In this document: piece after piece, positions 9,298-18,377 of the stretch
Layout of the letters: each line of letters opens with the position of its first letter
How positions within the stretch are numbered: the first letter of the stretch is position 1
Source: an uncultured bacterium
GTDB lineage: Bacteria; Patescibacteriota; Minisyncoccia; UBA6257; GWB1-50-10
Length of the DNA stretch: 64,000 bases
Reading direction: 5' to 3'
NCBI GenBank assembly: GCA_963768835.1
Contig: CAVYJB010000002.1
Coordinates: 362,466-426,465 of the forward strand
Made by a program: the position numbers and the translations under genes
The notes under the pieces: model-generated
The model's database searches: none
What the model saw: the letters and a program-made list of their open reading frames with translations, nothing else
What the model was told of the DNA's origin: nothing

Positions 9298-10161
9298 ATG
9301 AAAACCTCAGCGCAGGAAGCAAAAGGACAGCAGAAGCCCCTCGAAGGACAGGACATCGAGATCGCCGGTCGCATGGACTGCGGGGAGATCGGCGAAGAGT
9401 TGCAGCGGCAGATCCTGCCCTACGCCAAAGACAAGACGCTGGTCGTCGCAACTCCGACGGTCGCGGCTGTCACCGATTCGCGGAGCGAATGGGGTTCGAC
9501 CGGCGGCATCGGCTACTACAGCCAGGTCCGCGTTTTCTGCGGAAGCCAGAACGAGATGCAGGAATGGCAGTGGCGCGATCGCTACAATGTGAGCAAGGAC
9601 AAGCCGTGGCTCGCCGTCGATCACCTCGGAGAGGTGAAGGTGTCGGAGAAGGACGGGAAGGTGATCGTGGAGGTCGAGCTCCTGAACAATCACTACCCCA
9701 GCCGCACCGCTACCTTCACGTTCAACCCCTCGAAGGCGGAGACCGTTCAGATGCTTTCGATGGAAGCGCAAACGGCCTTCGTCACGACGGCGGAGAACGA
9801 GATCGCCCGCATCATGGACGGGCTCAACCGGCTGTGGAAGGCCAAACCCTCCCAGTTGCCAGACTACCCGGACGCCGGCTACGTCCCGTACCGCCAGCCT
9901 TCCGTTAAACAGCGGGAGTTTCGCCCCGAGATCGGTGTCGCCGCCTTTGTGACCGAGGAGCAAATCGATCACCTGGGAAGCGATCGCCAGATGCGGTACG
10001 AGCTCTACGTGCTGACGGCGGGGAGCGGGAAGGCCGAACGCAAGGCCGATGATCACGGCTATGGTCGCGAAGGCGGTGCGTTCCTCGCGATTCTCGAGGT
10101 CAAACCGGACCGCATCGTCATCAACACCAAGCGTGGGAAGTCAACGATTTCTCTCCGTTGA
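9298..10161 (+). CDS. Hypothetical protein
   Basis: 287-aa ORF with its own promoter and terminator. Confidence 0.75.
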   Translation: MKTSAQEAKGQQKPLEGQDIEIAGRMDCGEIGEELQRQILPYAKDKTLVVATPTVAAVTDSRSEWGSTGGIGYYSQVRVFCGSQNEMQEWQWRDRYNVSKDKPWLAVDHLGEVKVSEKDGKVIVEVELLNNHYPSRTATFTFNPSKAETVQMLSMEAQTAFVTTAENEIARIMDGLNRLWKAKPSQLPDYPDAGYVPYRQPSVKQREFRPEIGVAAFVTEEQIDHLGSDRQMRYELYVLTAGSGKAERKADDHGYGREGGAFLAILEVKPDRIVINTKRGKSTISLR

Positions 10162-10203
10162 CCCCCGGGTCAGGAACTTCGGAAGCGAAAGGAGGTGATT
10201 CAC

Positions 10204-10240
10204 AGCCACCCCGCGAGTATTCAACGGGTGGCTTTTATTT
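10204..10240 (+). terminator. Intrinsic terminator
   Basis: AGCCACCC...GGGTGGCT-TTTATTT. Confidence 0.75.
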
Positions 10241-10320
10241 ATCCCGGACGGATTCGTCGTTCGTCTTTTGCCGCGGAATCTCAGTTGAGGTCCCGCCCCC
10301 TTTGGTTTAGTATGAACCCA

Positions 10321-12087
10321 ATGCCCCCGGGAACCCTCGCTTGCAAGAACTGCAAGCAATCCTTCGCGATTGAACAGGACGACCTCAGTTTCTACGAGAA
10401 GATGCAGGTCCCTGCTCCGACGTTTTGCCCCTCTTGCAGACGGCAGCGGAGGTTTTTATGGAGGAATGAACGGTCGCTCTATAAGCGGCAGAGCGATTTC
10501 TCAGGGAAGGAAATCATTTGCCTGTACTCTAAGGAGAAACCGTTCAAGGTTTACGACCAGAAGGAATGGTGGGGCGACGAGTGGAGCGCTATCACGTATG
10601 GCAGGGCGTACAATTTTTCTAAACCATTTTTCACACAATTTTACGAACTCCAGCGAGAGGTTCCCCGGCTTTCCATTTTCAATCAGCAGTGCACGAATGC
10701 CGACTACACCAACCAGTCGTACGAGAACAAAGACTGCTATCTTTGTTTCAGTGTTGCGAAGTCAGAGGAGAGCGCTTACTGCGCCAATATCAACGAGGTA
10801 AAGCAGACGCTCGATTCCCTTTACCTCACAAAATCCGAGCTCGTATACGAGGGAATCGATTCAGAGCAGTGCTACAACTCCACGTTCCTCATCAATTCAG
10901 ACAACTGCATCAATTGTGCATTCCTGTTTGACTGTAAGAATTGTACGGATTGTATAGGAGGGGTTGGTCTACGGAATAAGCAACACGTCTTTTGGGGGGA
11001 GCAGCTCACGAAGGAGGCTTACGAACGAGAGAAGAACACTTTCGATCTGGGGAGCCGCCTGAAGCAGCAGGAAGCGAAAAAGAGGTTTGCGGACCTTATT
11101 CTCGGCTTCCCGCGTGTCTCGGAGCGATTCAAGAAATGCAGTTCCTGTACGGGGGATCTGCTTACGAACTGCAAGAATGTGAAGGAAGGATTCGGCGCAT
11201 TCGACCTCGAGGACTGCCGCTACAGCGCTCGAATCTACAGCTGCAAGGACACGCATGACAGCTATGGGTTGGGTGAAAGCCAATTGGCATATGAGACCAT
11301 CGGGAATCAAACCATCTACAACGTCGCTTTCTCGAACATTACGAGCGACTCCCGGAACTGCCGCTACTCAGACCTTTGCTTCAACTGCGAGGACTGCTTT
11401 GGCTGCGTGGGCTTGCGAAAGAAACAGTACTGCATTTTAAACAAACAGTACTCCCAGGAGGATTATGAAGCGCTCATCCCTAAAATCGTTGAGCATATGG
11501 CTACGATGCCGTTCGTTGATACGCAGGGACATGCGTATGTCTACGGTGAGTTTTTCCCTCCGGAATTTTCCCCCTTCGCATATAACGAGACCATTGCACA
11601 GGAGTATTTCCCACTAGGAAAAGAGAAAGCCGCCCAGCAAAAGTACGTGTGGAAAGACTCCGAGGTGAGGGATTACAAGATTACCAAGAGGCCCGGGGAA
11701 CTTCCAGATCACATCAAAGATGTCGGCGACGAAATACTCAACGATGTCATCGGATGCGAACATGATGGTAACTGCAAGGAGCAGTGCGCTACAGCGTTCC
11801 GGCTGACCAAGGAAGAATTGGCGTTCTATCGGCGGATGAACATTCCGCTCCCTCGGTTGTGCTCAAATTGCCGACACTATGAACGCTTAGGGAAGAGGAA
11901 TCCTTTGATGGTGTGGGGTCGCGCTTGCCAGTGCGTTGGGATGAAGTCCGAGAATGGCGTCTACCAGAATACCGTCACCCACCAGCACGGGGCAGGGAAG
12001 TGTCCCAACAAGTTCGAGACTTCTTATGCGCCGGACCGCAAGGAGATCGTCTACTGCGAGCAGTGCTACAACGCGGAGGTCGTATAG
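10321..12087 (+). CDS. CPR-type Cys-rich repeat protein (Zn-ribbon termini, probable beta-helix core), paralog 1
   Basis: CKNCKQSF...PTFCPSCR, repeated C.DC/CFGCVGLRKKQYCILNKQY, YGEFFP, C-terminal YCEQCY. Confidence 0.85.
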   Translation: MPPGTLACKNCKQSFAIEQDDLSFYEKMQVPAPTFCPSCRRQRRFLWRNERSLYKRQSDFSGKEIICLYSKEKPFKVYDQKEWWGDEWSAITYGRAYNFSKPFFTQFYELQREVPRLSIFNQQCTNADYTNQSYENKDCYLCFSVAKSEESAYCANINEVKQTLDSLYLTKSELVYEGIDSEQCYNSTFLINSDNCINCAFLFDCKNCTDCIGGVGLRNKQHVFWGEQLTKEAYEREKNTFDLGSRLKQQEAKKRFADLILGFPRVSERFKKCSSCTGDLLTNCKNVKEGFGAFDLEDCRYSARIYSCKDTHDSYGLGESQLAYETIGNQTIYNVAFSNITSDSRNCRYSDLCFNCEDCFGCVGLRKKQYCILNKQYSQEDYEALIPKIVEHMATMPFVDTQGHAYVYGEFFPPEFSPFAYNETIAQEYFPLGKEKAAQQKYVWKDSEVRDYKITKRPGELPDHIKDVGDEILNDVIGCEHDGNCKEQCATAFRLTKEELAFYRRMNIPLPRLCSNCRHYERLGKRNPLMVWGRACQCVGMKSENGVYQNTVTHQHGAGKCPNKFETSYAPDRKEIVYCEQCYNAEVV

Positions 12088-12127
12088 CAGTCGGTTTCGG
12101 CCGTCCTAAGGAAATCCAAGGGGTATA

Positions 12128-12157
12128 TTGACAAATAGCATTTATATATGCTATAAT
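12128..12157 (+). promoter_or_regulatory. sigma70 promoter
   Basis: TTGACA-18 bp (ending TGC)-TATAAT. Confidence 0.85.
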
Positions 12158-12257
12158 GTTAACACAGAATCGAATGATTCTGTGCCCTTCTCCCCGCCCA
12201 GTCTGGGGCATCGGAAGGGAGCTCTTTCAAAAACAACAGACAGACCGGAGAAATCCT

Positions 12258-12638
12258 ATGAAGACCGAACGAACACTGACCGGTGGCGAACTGGCACGGT
12301 ACGGCTTTGTGCATGTGACGGGGTTGCCCACGCGGCGCGGCATCGAAGATGAACAGATAATCTGGGCGCGTCCCGATCAGTACGGTCGCTACGAAGGCAA
12401 CAATGGAATGGAAGTCGCGATTACGGTCGACGGCGAGGTGTGGCTTCGCTCCGTTCCGAATCGAAAGACGGAAGACCCTTCTGTGTTGGAAACGCTCAAG
12501 AAGCTCTGCCCGAACGGTACAGGAGCGTTTGTTCCTTGCAGCAACGGGGAAGCGATACCTTCCCACATGGTTCTGGAGAGAATCTCAGACCCTCTCTCGG
12601 ATCACTACGGCCTCTATTCTCCTGAGATCCGACAATAA
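12258..12638 (+). CDS. Hypothetical protein
   Basis: ATG at 12258 after GGAG; own promoter and terminator. Confidence 0.7.
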   Translation: MKTERTLTGGELARYGFVHVTGLPTRRGIEDEQIIWARPDQYGRYEGNNGMEVAITVDGEVWLRSVPNRKTEDPSVLETLKKLCPNGTGAFVPCSNGEAIPSHMVLERISDPLSDHYGLYSPEIRQ

Positions 12639-12661
12639 GACGTAGAAGTCGGAATGCTAAC

Positions 12662-12694
12662 GAGCGGGACTCCCAAGCCCCGCTCTTTTTATTT
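12662..12694 (+). terminator. Intrinsic terminator
   Basis: GAGCGGG...CCCGCTC-TTTTT. Confidence 0.8.
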
Positions 12695-12847
12695 CATGAG
12701 ATAATTTCTTTCTCCGTCCCGAATGCTTGACAGAATGGCCGTATTTGTTTATCATACTGCTCGGCTGTGGGCTCGACGGAATTGCAGGGAGCATATGCCC
12801 ATATTGACATATCACACATACACCCACTCACCCGAAAGGAGTACCCC

Positions 12848-13300
12848 ATGAAATGGTTGCCTGCGCTGCTCGCGAAGGTAGAATCGTTCCCGGACGAAAG
12901 CATCAAAGCCCAGGAACCTACCACGAAAGTGGCCGATGGCGAAAAGGTCCTCGGCGTGGTTCCCGAAGGCGTGCGGAAATACATCGCCTATTACGGCGCC
13001 CAGGTCGATCGCATCCGCGAGATGAGAAAGGCTCACCTAATGGAGCACATGGGCCCGAACCACACACTGGAGATGTGCAAGAAGTTCAGGGCTGCGATTT
13101 CCCTCATCAAAGAGGAGAACGAGGTTGTCGCAAAGGCGTTCTGGCGAGATATCCGGAACGAGTTCAAGGCGGAAAACTGCAACCTCGGTGTTCGGAAGGG
13201 ATGGAAGGTCGTCGAAAAGCCGGAGAAGGAGGAATCTGGCATCGAGATCATCAGTGTCGAGGTGGGCTCGCTCGCGGACCTGCTGAATCTCGGCGGGTAG
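12848..13300 (+). CDS. Hypothetical protein
   Basis: ATG at 12848 after AAAGGAG; promoter TTGACA-17-TATCAT at 12727. Confidence 0.75.
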   Translation: MKWLPALLAKVESFPDESIKAQEPTTKVADGEKVLGVVPEGVRKYIAYYGAQVDRIREMRKAHLMEHMGPNHTLEMCKKFRAAISLIKEENEVVAKAFWRDIRNEFKAENCNLGVRKGWKVVEKPEKEESGIEIISVEVGSLADLLNLGG

Positions 13301-13381
13301 CCGAGATCGGTATCCGCAGGACAGCGTAAGGGACCTGCCGAGACACGAAGGGGACAAAACCACAACAAGAGGAGGTGAGTT

Positions 13382-13421
13382 AGACCGCCCGATTCTTCGG
13401 AATCGTGCGGTCTTTTTATTT
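13382..13421 (+). terminator. Intrinsic terminator
   Basis: AGACCGC-C-CGATTC-TTCG-GAATCG-T-GCGGTCT-TTTT. Confidence 0.85.
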
Positions 13422-13499
13422 GTCTCCGTGCCGCCTGCTGCGATCGGCCCGTAGGGTATAATAAGAGAGGTCGCAACGACCGTTTCTAGCAACGAATCC

Positions 13500-13940
13500 A
13501 TGGACACAGTTTCAGACCCGAATTCGGCTCCTCAGGCTCCCGTACCGCCCGCAATCCTCGTCAAAAAGAAAATCTGTCCCCAGTGCCATCAGCCGGTGCT
13601 CCCGGAGTACTATTTCTGCCCCAACTGCGGCAAGAACCTCGAGGAGAAGCCTTTATCCACGACGGTGGGGGCCCAGATATGGCTTTATACCTTCAGCCTC
13701 ATCCTGATGCCCATGACCTGTTATCTCATCTACAGCAAATGGCAGGGATGGAAATATTTTAAGTCGGACGATCCCAAGGCCAAAGACATAGGGCTGATAT
13801 CCATCATTCTTCTTGGCGTCTCGTTTCTCCTGCTCATCTGGATCACATGGGCGGGGATCGCAGCGCTCCAGAAGTATTGGCTGACGGAGGAATCCAGCAT
13901 CAATACCATGGGCCTCGGTGGATTGGGAAGCGGGTTGTAA
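13500..13940 (+). CDS. Zinc-ribbon membrane protein
   Basis: CPQC...FCPNCG followed by two TM segments. Confidence 0.8.
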   Translation: MDTVSDPNSAPQAPVPPAILVKKKICPQCHQPVLPEYYFCPNCGKNLEEKPLSTTVGAQIWLYTFSLILMPMTCYLIYSKWQGWKYFKSDDPKAKDIGLISIILLGVSFLLLIWITWAGIAALQKYWLTEESSINTMGLGGLGSGL

Positions 13941-14091
13941 TCGGGTTCGCGCGATAAAAGAATTCAGGGGAAACCACGGGCGTGAGTCCGTGGAATTTCT
14001 TTGACTTTCGGGGTTCGTGTGGCGTATCGTGGGCCCAGCAGCCAGTGGGGCTGTATCTGCACATTCCCAACTAAAGAAGGGAGCATAAGCC

Positions 14092-14976
14092 ATGGATCGG
14101 AACTTCCGAAAGATGCTGGAGGAACAATGGGCGCGCGGCAAGTTCGTCTGTGTAGGGCTCGACAGCGAGTACGGGAAAATCCCTGCGCACCTTCGCAAAG
14201 ACGACATCTACCGAGGTCTCCTGGACTTCAACGAGGCCATCGTGGATGCCACGAAGGATATCGCGTGCGCGTACAAACCGAACGCCGCCTTCTATGAGAT
14301 GCACGGGACGCAGGGGGTAACGGCGCTTGCGGAATCGATACTCTATGTCCGGACCGTCGCGCCCGAGGTCCCCGTCATTCTGGATTTCAAACGGGGCGAT
14401 ATCGGGAACACCAACGACGGGTATGTGGCGGAGGCGTTCACCTATTACCAGGCGGATGCGGTGACCGTGAACCCCTATCTCGGCCGGGAAGCCCTGAAGC
14501 CGTTCCTTGACCGCGAGGACAAGGGCATCATCGTCGTCTGCTGCACCTCCAACCCTGGAGGGGGCGAGTTCCAGCGCATACCGGTCATCCCCGAGTGGAT
14601 GATCAATGGGTCGATACCACTGTACCAGTACGTCGCGCGGAGGGTCTTCAACGAATGGAACCGCAACGGCAACTGCGCACTTGTGGTGGGCGCGCCCTAC
14701 CCCGACGATCTCCGGAAGGTCCGCGAAATTGTCGGTGACATGCCCATCCTCATCCCGGGCGTCGGATTCCAGCAGAAAAACGTGCCCATCGAAACACAGG
14801 TGGAACAGGTCGTTTCCGCGGGCGGGGACAGCCGCTGGCAGGGGATGATCATCAACTCCTCGCGCGGCATCATCTTCGCCTCGAGCGGCACGGACTTTGC
14901 CGAGGCGGCACGCCGCGAAACCCTGAAGCTTCATGACCTCATCAACCAATATCGCAGAAAGGAGAAGAAGCCTTGA
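14092..14976 (+). CDS. pyrF: Orotidine-5'-phosphate decarboxylase
   Basis: CVGLD, YKPN.AFYE, ILDFKRGDIGNT, TSNPG, LIPGVG.Q, NSSRGI. Confidence 0.95.
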   Translation: MDRNFRKMLEEQWARGKFVCVGLDSEYGKIPAHLRKDDIYRGLLDFNEAIVDATKDIACAYKPNAAFYEMHGTQGVTALAESILYVRTVAPEVPVILDFKRGDIGNTNDGYVAEAFTYYQADAVTVNPYLGREALKPFLDREDKGIIVVCCTSNPGGGEFQRIPVIPEWMINGSIPLYQYVARRVFNEWNRNGNCALVVGAPYPDDLRKVREIVGDMPILIPGVGFQQKNVPIETQVEQVVSAGGDSRWQGMIINSSRGIIFASSGTDFAEAARRETLKLHDLINQYRRKEKKP

Positions 14977-15659
14977 ACGAACAGGAAGTTCTGCAGATTT
15001 TCGGTGACACCGGGGCGGTCATCACCGACAGCCACATCGTGTACACCTCCGGAAAGCACGGCAAGGCCTACGTCAATAAGGACGCGGTCTATCCGCACAC
15101 CCGGGAGACATCCCGTCTCTGCCGCGCCATCGCCGAATGGTTCTCGAAGGATCGTGTCGATGCGGTCATCGCACCTGCGGTGGGCGGCGTGATCCTCTCC
15201 CAGTGGACCGCGCACCACCTCACCGAGTTGACCGGGCAGCAGGTATTCGGGGTCTACGCCGAAAAGGATCCGGTGACGGTGGCCGAGCCGGGCGAAATTG
15301 TCGGGGTGCCGATCGGATGGCGGTTCGTCATCAAACACGGCTACGATAAGTTCATTGCCGGCAAACGCGTGCTGGTGGTGGAGGACGTCATGACCACCGG
15401 CGGTTCTGTCAAAAAGGTGATCGCGGCCACGCGGGCGATCGGAGGTACTGTCGTCGGTCTCGGCGTCCTCTGCAACCGCGGTGGGATCACCGCGCACGAC
15501 GTGGGGGATATCCCGAGGCTTTTCTCACTCCTGGACGTGAAGCTCGAGGCCTGGGATCCTGCCGACTGTCCGCTCTGCAAGAACGGAGTCCCTATCAACA
15601 CCGAGGTCGGCAAGGGGCGGGAGTTCCTGGCGCAGAAGGCGACAGTGATAGCGTCCTGA
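14973..15659 (+). CDS. pyrE: Orotate phosphoribosyltransferase
   Basis: SGKHG..Y..K, VLVVEDVMTTGGS PRPP motif, C-terminal CPLC; TTG start overlapping the pyrF stop. Confidence 0.9.
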   Translation: MNEQEVLQIFGDTGAVITDSHIVYTSGKHGKAYVNKDAVYPHTRETSRLCRAIAEWFSKDRVDAVIAPAVGGVILSQWTAHHLTELTGQQVFGVYAEKDPVTVAEPGEIVGVPIGWRFVIKHGYDKFIAGKRVLVVEDVMTTGGSVKKVIAATRAIGGTVVGLGVLCNRGGITAHDVGDIPRLFSLLDVKLEAWDPADCPLCKNGVPINTEVGKGREFLAQKATVIAS

Positions 15660-15699
15660 GCATGGCTTTACGGTAGTATTTTCTTCACATTCCACAGGA

Positions 15700-15739
15700 A
15701 GGGTGTGCGCGGAGCAATCTGCGCACGCCCTCTTTTTTT
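15700..15739 (+). terminator. Intrinsic terminator after pyrE
   Basis: AGGGTGTGCGCGGA-GCAA-TCTGCGCACGCCCT then CTTTTTTT. Confidence 0.85.
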
Positions 15740-15750
15740 AGCATCAGAAA

Positions 15751-15892
15751 TGGAACACGTGAGACACGGGTGGAACACATGGCACAGCGCACTGTCCCAC
15801 GGGATTCCCCTTTGTTTCCCGAGCGAAAACGGTCGTCCGAGGCCAAAATGGGACACGCCCTACATGCCTGTTTCGTGTCCCATATTGTTCCA
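15751..15892. repeat. Cluster of eight TGGRACA-like heptamers in both orientations
   Basis: Forward copies at 15751, 15760, 15771, 15780, 15849; reverse copies at 15793, 15876, 15886; includes the inverted repeat ATGGGACACG/CGTGTCCCAT. Confidence 0.7.
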
Positions 15893-16441
15893 CTATTTGG
15901 CCCGTCGGGCGCGGATCCGGGCGGCGCGGCGGGCGGCCACCTTCTCCGGGAACTGCTCGGCGAAGCGCTTCCGGTATGCCACACGGCTGTCCCGCTTCGT
16001 CTTCTTCACATGGCAGGGGACGCAGAGGAGCTGGGCGTTCGCAAGCTCGTTCTTGCCGCCCAACGCGATAGGGCGGATGTGGTCGAGGGTGAGCGGGACG
16101 TCCTTCGCCCCGCACGCGGCGCACCGCGCCCCGTCGCGCTCGATGAGCTTTTCCTTGATGCGCTGCCGGGCGGTCGAGGAGCCCCCGTCCCGGTCGTACC
16201 GCGTCTCGGCGTTGTCGTGCTCGTGGATAGGGCAGTGGCCGTGCTTCAGCTTGTACTCGAGGTACCCCACGAGCTTCTCGAGCTCCTCCAAGGACGCGGT
16301 TTTCAGGCTCTCGCCGATGTGCCCCTCCACCCAGCGGCTGGCCTCGAATCGCTCGCGGCGGTTGTCCATGTTCCAGATCTCCGAACGGAGGCGGTGACAG
16401 TGGTATCGGAGGACGCTCATACGGCGCGCTCGTTCATCCAT
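15893..16441 (-). CDS. HNH endonuclease
   Basis: RDG.RCAACG....LTLDHIRPIALGGKNELANAQLLCVPCHVKKT; ATG at 16441 after GGAG. Confidence 0.9.
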   Translation of the reverse strand: MDERARRMSVLRYHCHRLRSEIWNMDNRRERFEASRWVEGHIGESLKTASLEELEKLVGYLEYKLKHGHCPIHEHDNAETRYDRDGGSSTARQRIKEKLIERDGARCAACGAKDVPLTLDHIRPIALGGKNELANAQLLCVPCHVKKTKRDSRVAYRKRFAEQFPEKVAARRAARIRARRAK

Positions 16442-16570
16442 CTCTCCATACTGTGGGGAACCCGTGAGCCTGGTCAAGCGCCGAAGCCCTTGACATCACT
16501 TGCGAAAAAGATTTACTCTCCAGCTAGCACTGCATTCATCCGAATCGTTCACAATCGCATAGGTGAAGTT

Positions 16571-17661
16571 ATGAAACGACTGTTGCCGTTCTTCATTGTC
16601 CTTTTCGCGCTGATTCCAACACGTGCGGGGGCGCAGGGCTTCTATGGAACCATGGACCCCTACGTCTGGAATGCGCTGGAGAACATGGGCATCGATCCCG
16701 ACAGCGTGCTCAAAGTCGAGACTTTCGCCTACATCAAGTACGAGCTCTCGGCGTCCGGCAAGGAATACCTTCCCCGGTCCGCATGGGAAAAAGCCGTCCG
16801 CGATATTCTCGCGACGCGCTCCGACCAGCTTCTTCTCTTTCAGGGATGGAGCGACACCAAGCCCTTCCAATCGAAGAAGCAGAACGCTCCGAAGAATCGT
16901 CTCCTCGGGTATGACCGTTCCCGACCCGCCTTTGACACCGCGGTCGCCAGGGGAAAGCGGGCTCTCTTGCTCGACCCCCTCAACGATCAGAAAGTCCGGG
17001 GTTTCGGTATGTGGCGCGTGACTCCAAGGCCCGCGCCCGTGTATGCAACGAAGAAACGCGTGGATCACGTGGAAGAGCGCGTCGACCACGCGGAAGAACG
17101 CGTCGACCATATCGAGGGGCACCTGGGTCTCGTGGACTCTGCGGTGGGTAGCCTGGGCGAACGCGTCGCACGGCTCGAAGGAGGAGGGGTAACTCGCAAC
17201 CGTGGGATCTCGCGCACATCTGGGCAGGGTACGGGTTCACTCCCTTGGGCACCGGAAGAGCCGAGCATCCGAGCGGCGTGAATATCGCCCTGTCCTTCCC
17301 GATGATCGACCTGCTCGAGTTCGGAGCTTTCGTCAACGGCTCCTATCAGGGTCAGGGAGGCATCACGGCGTACGGGGAGTGGACCATGTCTCTTCTGGGG
17401 GACGGTCCGCGGCTCTGTCTCACGGCGGGCGGCGCAGTCTCATTCTTCCGGAACCGGGACCTGGCGGCAGTTGCGCCCTCGAGGACCTTCAAGTGGGGAG
17501 GACTCTATGTGGGGCCGAAGCTCTATATACCGCTCGGCGACCGCCTCCTCGAGCTCTTCGCGGGAGCCTATCCGAACGCGGAGGTCATCTACAATCTCCA
17601 TAGCATTCGTCTCCACGATTGGTCTGGGTGGGTACTCCGAGCCTCGGTTCTCGTGTTCTGA
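16571..17661 (+). CDS. Secreted protein: OmpA-C-like domain, coiled coil and C-terminal beta-barrel (one frameshift near 17180-17190)
   Basis: Signal peptide; FQGWSD......N..LG..R.; heptad repeats; after the shift, eight amphipathic strands ending in VLRASVLVF. Confidence 0.65.
17057..17119 (+). repeat. Three 21-bp tandem repeats encoding heptads
   Basis: RVDHVEE RVDHAEE RVDHIEG. Confidence 0.85.
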
Positions 17662-17682
17662 CAGTGGGACGATTTGTCCTGG

Positions 17683-17713
17683 GGGCTGGCGTTTATCTCG
17701 CCAGCCTTTTTTT
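17683..17713 (+). terminator. Intrinsic terminator
   Basis: GGGCTGGCG...CGCCAGCCT followed by a T tract. Confidence 0.8.
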
Positions 17714-17799
17714 AATCCTACCGGCCTGAAATAAAACGCCTCCGCAGGGCGTAATTAATAGCACATCGAAAGGTCGATTGTTCCCTTTAAAGCATAACC

Positions 17800-18247
17800 A
17801 TGAACAAAAAACTAATCGCACTTTCCGCCTTGGCTCTCAGCCTCGCGGTCGCGGTTCCGGTGTTCGCGCAGAGCACGACATCAACCCTGCCCTCCACCAC
17901 TACCACCGCCGCCCGCATCGCCTGTCTCGCCACCGCGGATCAGTGCCCGAGAGGCAACGTTGGACAGCGCCATTGCGACCTACACCCAGGCAGTCTCTTC
18001 CGCGTACACGACGCGCGCAGCGGCTCTGAACGCGGCCTACACGAGCGGCGGGACGACCGCCCAGATCCGGGCCGCCATCAAGGCAGCCTGGTCCGTATTC
18101 ACCGCATCGATGAAGGCCGCTTCGAAGGCGTGGCGGACCGCACGGACGGGCGCATGGACCACCTTCCGCGCGGCCGCGAAGGTGTGCAAGGCTCCCTCGA
18201 GCGTGAGCGACAGCGCGAACGCCGCTTCCGAGGCCGTCGGCCAGTAG
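17800..18247 (+). CDS. Secreted Ala-rich helical protein (one extra G near 17938)
   Basis: Signal peptide MNKKLIALSAL...VFAQ; removing one G joins ACLATA to ISAREATLDSAIATY...AAKVCK. Confidence 0.75.
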
Positions 18248-18271
18248 CCGAAGGATTCGGATGCGTGGCAG

Positions 18272-18300
18272 AACCCTCCCCGACGGGGAGGGTTTTTGTT
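18272..18300 (+). terminator. Intrinsic terminator
   Basis: AACCCTCCCC-GAC-GGGGAGGGTT-TTTGTT. Confidence 0.85.
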
Positions 18301-18377
18301 GGATTGACCCGGCCCTCCCGCGATGGTAAACGGAAGGAGCGCTTGTTACCAATGCCAAACAACAGGAGGGGTGCGCC

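Noticed and set aside
15770-16570. N-terminal extension of the 503-aa ORF 15770..17281
   Set aside because: It is antisense to the HNH gene; the SD and signal peptide place the real start at 16571.
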